40,111 nt of DNA from a virus. Its lineage: Duplodnaviria; Caudoviricetes. Below the pieces are notes generated by a model. The model was not told where the DNA came from and ran no database searches. It saw nothing but the letters and a program-made list of their open reading frames with translations. Positions 1 to 7,965 of this stretch are shown piece after piece. Numbering within the stretch: position 1 is the stretch's first letter; each line of letters opens with the position of its first letter. The translations under genes and the position numbers were made by a program. The DNA is taken from the IMG/VR virus record IMGVR_UViG_3300048080_000413, positions 1 to 40,111 of that record. One strand, 5' to 3'.

Positions 1-332
1 TCGCCGGCGATCTTCGAGAGGTCGTGAGGGCTCTTCACCTTCGCGACATCGGAGATGTTGACGGCATCCAGGTACTGGGCGGTCGAGATGTTGACCGTAC
101 CCATCGTCAGAGCCTTCGGGGTCGGGGCGGTGCCCTCGACTCCAGCGGTCGTCATGACCGCCAGGTCAGGATAGTCGACGAAGGTCAGGGTATCCGTACC
201 CGGATCGAAGTCGCCCTCCTGAGCGTACGCGGGGTCTGCGTAGACCAACTCCGCACGCAGGTTCGCCAGCACGTCGCTCTGCACCTGGAAGGTGATCGCG
301 GCGGCAATGGCGCTTGAAAGGGTCTGAGCCAT
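1..332 (-). CDS. Major capsid protein, N4-gp56-like (runs off the window edge; not in ORF track)
   Basis: Manual translation from ATG at 332 (RBS AAAGGAA): MAQTLSSAIAAAITFQVQSDVLANLRAELVY...TLTFVDYPDL...EGTAPTPKALTMGTVNISTAQYLDAVNISD; EG.P...QY...ISD pattern; directly downstream of scaffold-like gene. Confidence 0.75.
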   Translation of the reverse strand, partial: MAQTLSSAIAAAITFQVQSDVLANLRAELVYADPAYAQEGDFDPGTDTLTFVDYPDLAVMTTAGVEGTAPTPKALTMGTVNISTAQYLDAVNISDVAKVKSPHDLSKIAG

Positions 333-373
333 GATGGTTCCTTTGGGTCTGGGCTTTCGCCCAGGCTACTGCG

Positions 374-1015
374 CTATCCCTGTCGCGCCTTGAAGAGGGC
401 GCCCTTGTCGGATGCAGCGTTCATGATCGCGGCGGCCAGTTCGGCCGTCATGGGATCACCGTCATTGTAGCCGGCGAGGGTTGCCGCCTTGGTGCGGGCA
501 GGATTGTTCGGGTTCCCCGAAGGTGGCGCAGCAGTCGAGGTGGCCTCCTGGGCCGACTCCGCCGCGGCCGTAGCCGCTGCCTGCTCTGCTTGGTCCGCAG
601 CCTTGGGACCGTATTCGGCCCTGATGACTGCGAGTTGCTCCTCCAGCGTCTGGGCGCCAGTGATCTTCTGGAACACTGCCACCGCTCGGGCCGCCTCGGG
701 GCCTTCCTGCGCTGCGCGCAAGAGGGCGTTCTCAGCGGCAAGGCGCTGGTTCTCGGCCATCGCGGTCTCGTTCGCGACCTGTTCCTGCTCCTCCGGGGAG
801 AGTCCAGCAGTCTTTAGGTCGCTGATCGCGCGAGTGATGCCGGCGAGTTTCTGGTCGTAGATCGACTGGAACCCGCTGAAACGCTCGTCGAACTTCTTCA
901 CGAGCGGCTGGAGGATGGTGGTTTCGAGGTCTGGGATCGCCGGGGCGACGGGCGTAGCGGCTGCTTCGCTGGCGTCGGTGGCACTACCAGGTGACTGGTC
1001 GAGTCCATCTGCCAT
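374..1015 (-). CDS. Capsid scaffolding protein (213 aa)
   Basis: ATG at 1015 with GAGGAG RBS; acidic, Ala/Glu-rich coiled-coil character; immediately upstream of capsid gene. Confidence 0.65.
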   Translation of the reverse strand: MADGLDQSPGSATDASEAAATPVAPAIPDLETTILQPLVKKFDERFSGFQSIYDQKLAGITRAISDLKTAGLSPEEQEQVANETAMAENQRLAAENALLRAAQEGPEAARAVAVFQKITGAQTLEEQLAVIRAEYGPKAADQAEQAAATAAAESAQEATSTAAPPSGNPNNPARTKAATLAGYNDGDPMTAELAAAIMNAASDKGALFKARQG

Positions 1016-1032
1016 GGGGGTAGGTATCTCCT

Positions 1033-4000
1033 CTAGGGTTGGTAAGTCGGCTCGGTCTGGGTGAGCGAGTCCGTGATCTGTTGGGCCAACTTGATCGTGT
1101 AGATCGGGCCCATCTCGAAGAACTTCATCGCCCAGTCCTGGGCGGTATCGAGTCCAGCGTACGCCTTCCAGAGTCCGAGGCCGTTGCCTCCCGCGTACCG
1201 GACGTACCGGTTGAGGGAGACGCCCGGGTCCCAGGGGGCGATCGGCAGAAGCATCGAGGCCATGAACCAGACGGGGCTGGAGTCTTCCAGTTGCTGCTGG
1301 AAGTCCTCGCTCACGTTCGCCTGCTCCTTGAACACCTCGGCCATGCGGTCGAGCGTCCAGGCACCTCCGAGGTTCGTCTTCTGGCCCAGGGCCCGGTCCG
1401 AGAGGATGCGGACCATCCACTTCGCGGCCTTGATCTGGTAGGAGATCGGCCAGTAGAGCCAGTACGAGTTCGCCACGCGCTCCAGGCGGGAGCGGTTGAC
1501 GTTGCCGATGTGGACCTGAAGCAGGTCATCCATCAGGCGCTGGTTGCGTTCGATGATCTTGTCGACGAGAGGCACCATCATGGCGCTCTCCTCGGGGGTC
1601 CACTTCTCGTACTTCTGAACCTGCTTCGCGGCCTGTTGGACCGTACGTCGCACGCCCTTCGAGTCGAAGGAGTAGACGGTCTCGGCGACCTGTTCCGCCC
1701 ACGAGGAGCGGTCGGTGCCGAACTTCTTGATGAGGAGCCCGATGGTCGGGTCGGTGTCCGGGAGGGCGTCGATCACCTTCGTGATCGTCTCCGGCCGCTC
1801 GACGTTGAACTCCCGCTTCAGCACCTGGTAGAGGTGCCGGTTGGTGATCTGGATGCCGGTCTCGTCCGCGAGCGCGCGAGGGAGGTTCGGCGAGGAGCCG
1901 ATGTCGGCAGAGGTTCGGGCGTTGAGACCCGGGATCGGCACGCCTCTGCGACTCATGTGCAGAGCGGCGGCGTTATCCGAGATGTCGACCATCTTGCCGC
2001 GGGGACCCCGCGGGACCAGCAGATCGTTTCGGCGGGCGAATCGAGTCGCCTGGAATCCGTCTCGGAAGAAGGCCATGATGTCGGCCTCTACCATATTCAA
2101 CGTTTGCCATCGCAAGTCCATCTGGAATCGGAAGAACGGGTAGGCCACCTTGCTCAGGAATCGGGTCTGATCCGACATCGCGCGGAGCACGGGGACCGTC
2201 TGCCAGGCGTAGTAGCCGGCGCGGAAGGCGGACGCGATCGGGCCGACCTTCTGCCCCATCAGGCGCTTCGTGTCGACGGCGCGCACAGCGGAGTTGTATG
2301 ACTCGTCGAGCATCACGTGGGCGCGGTCCATGCCCCCATACCGCTTCTCGAAGTTGGCGACGAAGGCCTCGTTCTTCTCGACTGCCTTCCGCAGCGCGGC
2401 GCTCACCGCGTTGGGCGGCAGGGCCGTGATCCCGCGGAAGAGCGGCTGGTGCAGGGCGGTGGTGGTCAGGTCCTTGCCAGTCTCGGACAGGGTCTGGAAG
2501 AAGACGCGGACCTCCTTGGGCGCGGCGCCCAGGGGGATCAACTTGTTGAAGACCATCTGCCGCGCGTCCCGGGCCATCTTCTGGCTGTTGACCGGAGCGG
2601 TCATCGCCTCGATGATACGGAGCCCCTTGCTCAGTGGCCCGTAGTTTAGGACCATGTGCGCCAGGTTGCTGCGCTCGGTGAGAAGGGCGGCCAGGTGGCT
2701 GTCGTCCGGCCGGAACGCGATCGCCAGCCGGGGCGCCGGCTCGATGTCGTATGCGGGATACTCGCGCGCGAGGAAGGCGGTCTGCGCCTGGAGTTCCTCG
2801 ATGGAGGCGGGATCGACCTTCGGGTTGCCGTCGGGATCGAGGAACCGCGGGTCGATCTTCACGGTGCGGATCGCGTCGAGGTCGCGGTCGATGGCGCGCA
2901 CCTCCCGGCGCGCAGCCTTGACCCCCTCGCGCAGGGCGGCCAGGTTATCCTGGTGGGACTGCCGGAGCGGCGCCCACATCTCCTCGCGCTTCGTGGCGGA
3001 GAAGAGGTTGTCGAAGACCTGCTTGACCTCGGGGGTGATCTTGACGGCCTTGCCGCGGACGCCCTCGTAGAGGTTGCCGAGCCACACCTTGAACTTCTCG
3101 AAGACGCTGGCGATCTCCGGGTTGGCCGCCTTGCCGCTGGAGAGGTAGGTCTCCAGTTCGGCCGAGAAGGCCTCCTCGTGCTCGCGCGCCCAGGCGCTGT
3201 CTTTCACTCCGAAGTGGGACTCCAGGACGGCCAGGTCCTCCGGCGAGTCGGTGAGGACCCGGCGGTAGACGTGGGTCCACTCGTGAACCGCGGTGCTGAA
3301 GTCGGCGGACTCGAAGCCTCGCATGATGCCCCTGACGTCATTCACGAACTCCGTCTCGCCACGAACCCCACCACGGCGCGCAGTCTCGATCGCGAGGTTG
3401 AGGCGCTGCGACTCGGCCTCCATGCCGGGCTTGATCTGCCCCCGCTTGGGACCGGACTGGAAGATCGTCTTGTTGAGGCGGGCCATCAGTTCTGCCTCGG
3501 GCAGGGGGCCCTTCTGGTAGAGGAAGCCCTCGCTCGGGCGGAAGCCCCTGAAGTTGAGCGCCGACATGGCGCGGAAGCCGGATGCCTGCTGCGTGGCGAA
3601 GGCGGCCTGCCGCTCGGCGGTAGCCATCTTCGGCAACTTGTAGGCGCCGGGGTAGATGAGGGTGTGAGGCTCCAGGCCGCCGCGCTTCTGGTCCCACCGG
3701 AACCACTGGTAGCCACCGTGACCGAAGGCCTCGATGCCCTCCTTCGAAGCCATCTCCTCCATGACCTTGTGGGCCGCAGCGTACTTCCCGCCGAAGATGG
3801 TGACCGAGTCGGTGGTCGGCTCCCACGGAAGGTCGCGCAGGTGCATCGGCACCTTCGGGTTGATCTCGCCGTTGGCGAGCCGGTACTTGATGGGCTGCGC
3901 CTTCGGGGCCTTCAGGCCGACTCCGAGAAGTTGGGCCATGTGCGAGTCGAGCGTTCCCTGGGTGGAGGCGATCGGGTCGCCGACCATCACGCCGAAGTTC

Positions 4001-7000
4001 GAGACCTTGAAGCCGGCACCAGGGGTGATCGCGGCCAGGCGCTCGACGTACTCCAGGAGGGACTCCTCCGCCTTCTTCATGAAGAACTCGGGCTGCTCCA
4101 GGTACCGCTTCGCCAGGAGGACCGTGTTCCCCATCTGAATCTGGGAGGTGATCGTGTTCACCCCCTGGCCCTTGGGCTCGGTGCCCTGCTCCAGGCCGTG
4201 CCGGCGCTGGACCTCCAGGCCCAGACGCTGCACCAGGCGGGGATCGTCAGGCGCGAAGCCGGAGCCGATGACCTCGTCGTAGATGCCGGCGAAGTCCCGG
4301 ACGTCCTTCTCGGACCGCAGTCGGATCGCGGAGTAGATCGCCTCGTTGGCGAGCAGATTCTGGTTCGGCGACTGGAGTGCGAAGACCATCCGGTTCAGGG
4401 CGTCGAGGGAGTCGTCCTCCAGCGAGCGCACCTGCGATCGGAACAACTTCGTGTACAGTTTCTGGGCGACCGCCGGCGGCAACTGCCGCGGGTTGATGGC
4501 CTGCGCCTTCAGGCGCCACATGTCCCAGAAGGAGAAGGTGGAGACCGCGTCATCCAAGCCGGCCATGCCACCAGGGATGCCGACCTCGACGGGGGTGCCG
4601 GGGAACTTCGTCCACTCGATGTTCGCGTACTCACCCATCCCGGCCTCGGTCAGGACGGCGGGGGCCGGCTCCTCGATCATCTGCCGGGTGGTGATGCCCG
4701 AGGGGGTGAGGTCGTCGAGGGAGATGCCATGGCGACCGAGGCGCCCCAAGGTCAGGGCGTCCATCGTCTGGAAGAGGGCGGTCTCAGTGGGAACCAGACC
4801 GCGCTCGATCCCGCCGATGAACTTCGCGTAGAACTCGTTGGCGGGTCGACCAGTCTGCTTCGCCCAGGCACGAGCGGCCACGTCGGCTACCTGCGCCAGG
4901 GAGTCGGCCTGCTCGGGGGAGATGGCGGGGTACGCCTCGCGGGACTTCTCGGAGATGTACTTCGCCCAGTCCGGGTTGACGCCGTACACGCCGTCGCCGG
5001 TGGTGAAGTCGTATGCCCCACCGGTCTGGTTGCCGAGAGCAGTCTGGAGGGCGATCGTGTCATCGCGGGTGGCGGTCAGCATCGAGACGTCGAGGTCGAC
5101 CTTAGCGAGAGCGTCGTCGTGGAAGACGCCGATGTAGAAGTCGTCGTGCCCGAGCAGGTCCTTGTTGGTCTCGACCAGGCGGTCGATCGCCTCGCGGAAG
5201 AGGGCCGGATCACGGGCCTCGACCACGGAGAGGGAGACCTCCTGGCCGACAGCCGAGGCATACGGGCCCTCGACCCCCTTGACGGGAACCACGAACTCGC
5301 CGGTGCGGGGGTTGTAGGTCGCCCTGCCCCACGGCTCCTGGACCCGAGAGTACAGGTCGGCCACAACCGCCTCGCGGTTCTCGGTGAAGTGGACGGGGGG
5401 CGCCAGATTGTGGGTGCCCTCGTCGAGGAAGTTCTCGCCGGCACGTCGGACCGCGTCGTAGCGCGCGGGCTCGACGATGACGTTGCGACTCTGGAGGTTG
5501 AGATCGAGGGGCGACCCCTTCCGCGGCCCGTGGGTCTTCGTCCAGTCGCGGTTGAACTGCTCCTCGGCAGCCACGTACTCGCGCTGCTTCGCCGCAACCT
5601 GGGCGTGCGCGTTCTCCCGATACTCGCGGATGCGGGCCGGCGAGTAGATCGGCCGGTGGCCTGCGGCCGTCAGGGGGCCGCTCTCGGGGCTCGGCACGGT
5701 GACTCGGGATTCGGCCATGGCGGCCTCGCCGAAGAGTTCCTTCGCCGGCGGGGAGATAGACGCCACGCCTTCGAGGCGGGCGACCAGTTGACCGGTGTCG
5801 TAGGTCGGGCTCTTGGCGGTAGCCAGGCGCGACAGTTGCCCGCCGATGGGGGCGTCACCCTGGGCCGCGCGGCCGAGGGTCATGAGGCTCTTGAAGAAGG
5901 TGACGTCCTCGGGGGTCAGGGCGGAGAAGTCCTCGAACATGGCCGGGTGCTTCAGCATCACGCTGGTCACCAGGCTGGTCGGCGTCTTCCCGTTGACGGA
6001 CGCTGCACGGACGCTGGCGATCAGGTCATGCACATCCTCCTGGGTCAGGCGACCCATGCGGCCGACGATCGCCTCGCCAACCGGGACGAACCGCTCCTGG
6101 AGCGCAGCCTGGACCGCGTCGTACGTGTTCCACTGGTCAGCCATGTCCTTGAAGGTCAGGTTGTCGAAGCGGACGGTCTCGGCCACGCCAGGGCGCGGCA
6201 TCCCCTGCTCGTCAGCGATGGTGCGCTCGCGGCCCTTGGCCCACTCCTCGAACGTGTCCATCCGATCGCGGGCCTTGATCTTGCCGGTCGAGCGCATGTG
6301 CTCGGCCAGTTCGACCACGCGGTCGCTCAGGGCGGAGCCGCGGGCCATCGCCTCGTCGAAGGACTTGAAGTGCTGCTTCGCGTACGGGTTGTGCTCGATC
6401 AGGCGCTCATACGCGATCCGCAGGTCGACGTGGTAGATGGCCCGCTTGAAGCCTTCCTCACCACCGAAGGCGTCGAGGACAGAGGCCTCCTTCTCGCCAC
6501 CGCGGATGCGGCCGTACGGGTCTCGCAGGGTACGGGTCTTCGAGGTGCCCCACTTCTGGGCCCACATGCTCAGGTCGTTGCTTCCGGCGAACGCCTTGAA
6601 GCGCAGCGCCGCGCCGGTCTTCGCCTCGCCAGCGAACGCGCCGACCGGGAAGGAGAAGGCGGAGGTCATCACGAAGAGCGAGTTCTCGCTCAGGGGCTTG
6701 TCCTCCAGGAAGGACTTCGACATGTCGTGGACGCCCTCCAGGATGCCCGAGGCGATCGGAATCTCCTGAAGCGACTGGGTCAGCGGGTAGGTGATGGCCT
6801 CCGCCCCCAGGAGAGTAGCCTCGGTACGGAGGGCTCCCCGCGCGTAGCGGCGCAGGAGGCTCCCCGACCCAGGAAGAAAGTAGGTGCGGCCGGCCCAACC
6901 GAGGGCCTTCAGAGACAGGCCGGTGACCTGCCCCTGGGCAAAGGCCTCCGCAGCCTGGCGGACAGGAGCCATGGACTCGGCGCGAACACCGGTCGCGGCC

Positions 7001-7965
7001 ATGTCCCGGAGGTAGCCGGAACCCCACCGGATGGGGCGGATCGCCTGAGAGCCGGCGTACGACAACTTGTAGGCGCCGTCAGCAGCCCAGGGCGCGAAGC
7101 GTCCAGCGGCCTCTGCTGCTCCGACCACACCGCGGCCGGCCTTCGTGATGAGCCCGGTGCCGAAGGCGAGGTTGAGTGGATCGAACACGAGGCGGGAGGC
7201 CATGTTGACCATCTCGTTGTCGTTGACCGCCTTGTTGCCGAACATGAACTGTCCGAATGGACCGTCGGCCACCTTCGCGGCGACCTGGTCCCAGGAGATG
7301 TCTCGGCCCTCGTCGTCCTTGTTGAAGCCCCTCTTCGAGAGTTCGGTGCGGAGTTCCCCGACCGTCTTCGGATGGGAACCGATCCCGAAGATCGCGCCCC
7401 CGGCAGACTGCGGCATGAACCCGTTCTTGACGAGGTACTCGGGCGTCATCACGAAGGAGTCCGGCAAGCGCGCGGTGAGGGCCGCGAGTCGAGCATCGGT
7501 TGAGTTCGTGAGTGCGGGGATCAGGTCGTTGGAACGCTGGAGCACGGTGCCGGCGAATCCAGCGAGTGAGCCCAGGGAGACGACGCCAGGCTTGCCCTCC
7601 TCGCTGCCGAAGCCGATCTGGCTGGCTGCATCGAGGAAGTGATCGACAGCACCCTTCTTCCCCTCACCCCCACCGGTGATGATGTTCAGGATGGCCGCAG
7701 GCCGCTCCAGGGTGTGAGCAGGCGCGGCAACGGCCTGGCCGATGAAGCCCATCGTGTCGGTCGAGGACGGCGGAATGCGCTCAGGAACACCGCGCTCCCG
7801 CTGGCGCGAGCCCTGGCCGAAGAGGCCGGATGGGAGTTCGCGCCCCCCACCGCTAGACGTGCCACCGAGCCCGCCTCCGTAGGAGACCGGCTGGTATGGC
7901 GTGCCGATAGTGGGGCCCTGTCCCGAGAAGGTGGTGGTCTTCTTCTTGTACCCGTAGAGGGTCAA
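1033..7965 (-). CDS. Giant internal virion/ejection (polyvalent) protein, 2310 aa, with zincin HEWTH, HhH-glycosylase-like and SAM-lyase-like domains
   Basis: Long ORF in the structural operon; TTGA overlap with upstream gene; ADFSTAVHEWTH (HEWTH at 3271-3285) plus downstream EEAF; GAGFK...LDSHM; YIGVFHD...DLDVS...Q. Confidence 0.7.
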   Translation of the reverse strand: MTLYGYKKKTTTFSGQGPTIGTPYQPVSYGGGLGGTSSGGGRELPSGLFGQGSRQRERGVPERIPPSSTDTMGFIGQAVAAPAHTLERPAAILNIITGGGEGKKGAVDHFLDAASQIGFGSEEGKPGVVSLGSLAGFAGTVLQRSNDLIPALTNSTDARLAALTARLPDSFVMTPEYLVKNGFMPQSAGGAIFGIGSHPKTVGELRTELSKRGFNKDDEGRDISWDQVAAKVADGPFGQFMFGNKAVNDNEMVNMASRLVFDPLNLAFGTGLITKAGRGVVGAAEAAGRFAPWAADGAYKLSYAGSQAIRPIRWGSGYLRDMAATGVRAESMAPVRQAAEAFAQGQVTGLSLKALGWAGRTYFLPGSGSLLRRYARGALRTEATLLGAEAITYPLTQSLQEIPIASGILEGVHDMSKSFLEDKPLSENSLFVMTSAFSFPVGAFAGEAKTGAALRFKAFAGSNDLSMWAQKWGTSKTRTLRDPYGRIRGGEKEASVLDAFGGEEGFKRAIYHVDLRIAYERLIEHNPYAKQHFKSFDEAMARGSALSDRVVELAEHMRSTGKIKARDRMDTFEEWAKGRERTIADEQGMPRPGVAETVRFDNLTFKDMADQWNTYDAVQAALQERFVPVGEAIVGRMGRLTQEDVHDLIASVRAASVNGKTPTSLVTSVMLKHPAMFEDFSALTPEDVTFFKSLMTLGRAAQGDAPIGGQLSRLATAKSPTYDTGQLVARLEGVASISPPAKELFGEAAMAESRVTVPSPESGPLTAAGHRPIYSPARIREYRENAHAQVAAKQREYVAAEEQFNRDWTKTHGPRKGSPLDLNLQSRNVIVEPARYDAVRRAGENFLDEGTHNLAPPVHFTENREAVVADLYSRVQEPWGRATYNPRTGEFVVPVKGVEGPYASAVGQEVSLSVVEARDPALFREAIDRLVETNKDLLGHDDFYIGVFHDDALAKVDLDVSMLTATRDDTIALQTALGNQTGGAYDFTTGDGVYGVNPDWAKYISEKSREAYPAISPEQADSLAQVADVAARAWAKQTGRPANEFYAKFIGGIERGLVPTETALFQTMDALTLGRLGRHGISLDDLTPSGITTRQMIEEPAPAVLTEAGMGEYANIEWTKFPGTPVEVGIPGGMAGLDDAVSTFSFWDMWRLKAQAINPRQLPPAVAQKLYTKLFRSQVRSLEDDSLDALNRMVFALQSPNQNLLANEAIYSAIRLRSEKDVRDFAGIYDEVIGSGFAPDDPRLVQRLGLEVQRRHGLEQGTEPKGQGVNTITSQIQMGNTVLLAKRYLEQPEFFMKKAEESLLEYVERLAAITPGAGFKVSNFGVMVGDPIASTQGTLDSHMAQLLGVGLKAPKAQPIKYRLANGEINPKVPMHLRDLPWEPTTDSVTIFGGKYAAAHKVMEEMASKEGIEAFGHGGYQWFRWDQKRGGLEPHTLIYPGAYKLPKMATAERQAAFATQQASGFRAMSALNFRGFRPSEGFLYQKGPLPEAELMARLNKTIFQSGPKRGQIKPGMEAESQRLNLAIETARRGGVRGETEFVNDVRGIMRGFESADFSTAVHEWTHVYRRVLTDSPEDLAVLESHFGVKDSAWAREHEEAFSAELETYLSSGKAANPEIASVFEKFKVWLGNLYEGVRGKAVKITPEVKQVFDNLFSATKREEMWAPLRQSHQDNLAALREGVKAARREVRAIDRDLDAIRTVKIDPRFLDPDGNPKVDPASIEELQAQTAFLAREYPAYDIEPAPRLAIAFRPDDSHLAALLTERSNLAHMVLNYGPLSKGLRIIEAMTAPVNSQKMARDARQMVFNKLIPLGAAPKEVRVFFQTLSETGKDLTTTALHQPLFRGITALPPNAVSAALRKAVEKNEAFVANFEKRYGGMDRAHVMLDESYNSAVRAVDTKRLMGQKVGPIASAFRAGYYAWQTVPVLRAMSDQTRFLSKVAYPFFRFQMDLRWQTLNMVEADIMAFFRDGFQATRFARRNDLLVPRGPRGKMVDISDNAAALHMSRRGVPIPGLNARTSADIGSSPNLPRALADETGIQITNRHLYQVLKREFNVERPETITKVIDALPDTDPTIGLLIKKFGTDRSSWAEQVAETVYSFDSKGVRRTVQQAAKQVQKYEKWTPEESAMMVPLVDKIIERNQRLMDDLLQVHIGNVNRSRLERVANSYWLYWPISYQIKAAKWMVRILSDRALGQKTNLGGAWTLDRMAEVFKEQANVSEDFQQQLEDSSPVWFMASMLLPIAPWDPGVSLNRYVRYAGGNGLGLWKAYAGLDTAQDWAMKFFEMGPIYTIKLAQQITDSLTQTEPTYQP

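Noticed and set aside
1016-1420. N-terminal extension of the 348-aa scaffold ORF; similar over-extended starts at 16277, 24895, 26974, 28945, 30018, 32127 and 34464
   Set aside because: They overlap upstream genes; internal starts with RBS or stop-start overlaps fit better.
2656-7503. 1615-aa plus-strand ORF (likewise 8193-9542, 12550-14184, 21495-22835, 24001-25437, 27557-28798)
   Set aside because: Antisense shadows of real genes caused by GC3-rich codon bias; no RBS, motifs or operon coupling.
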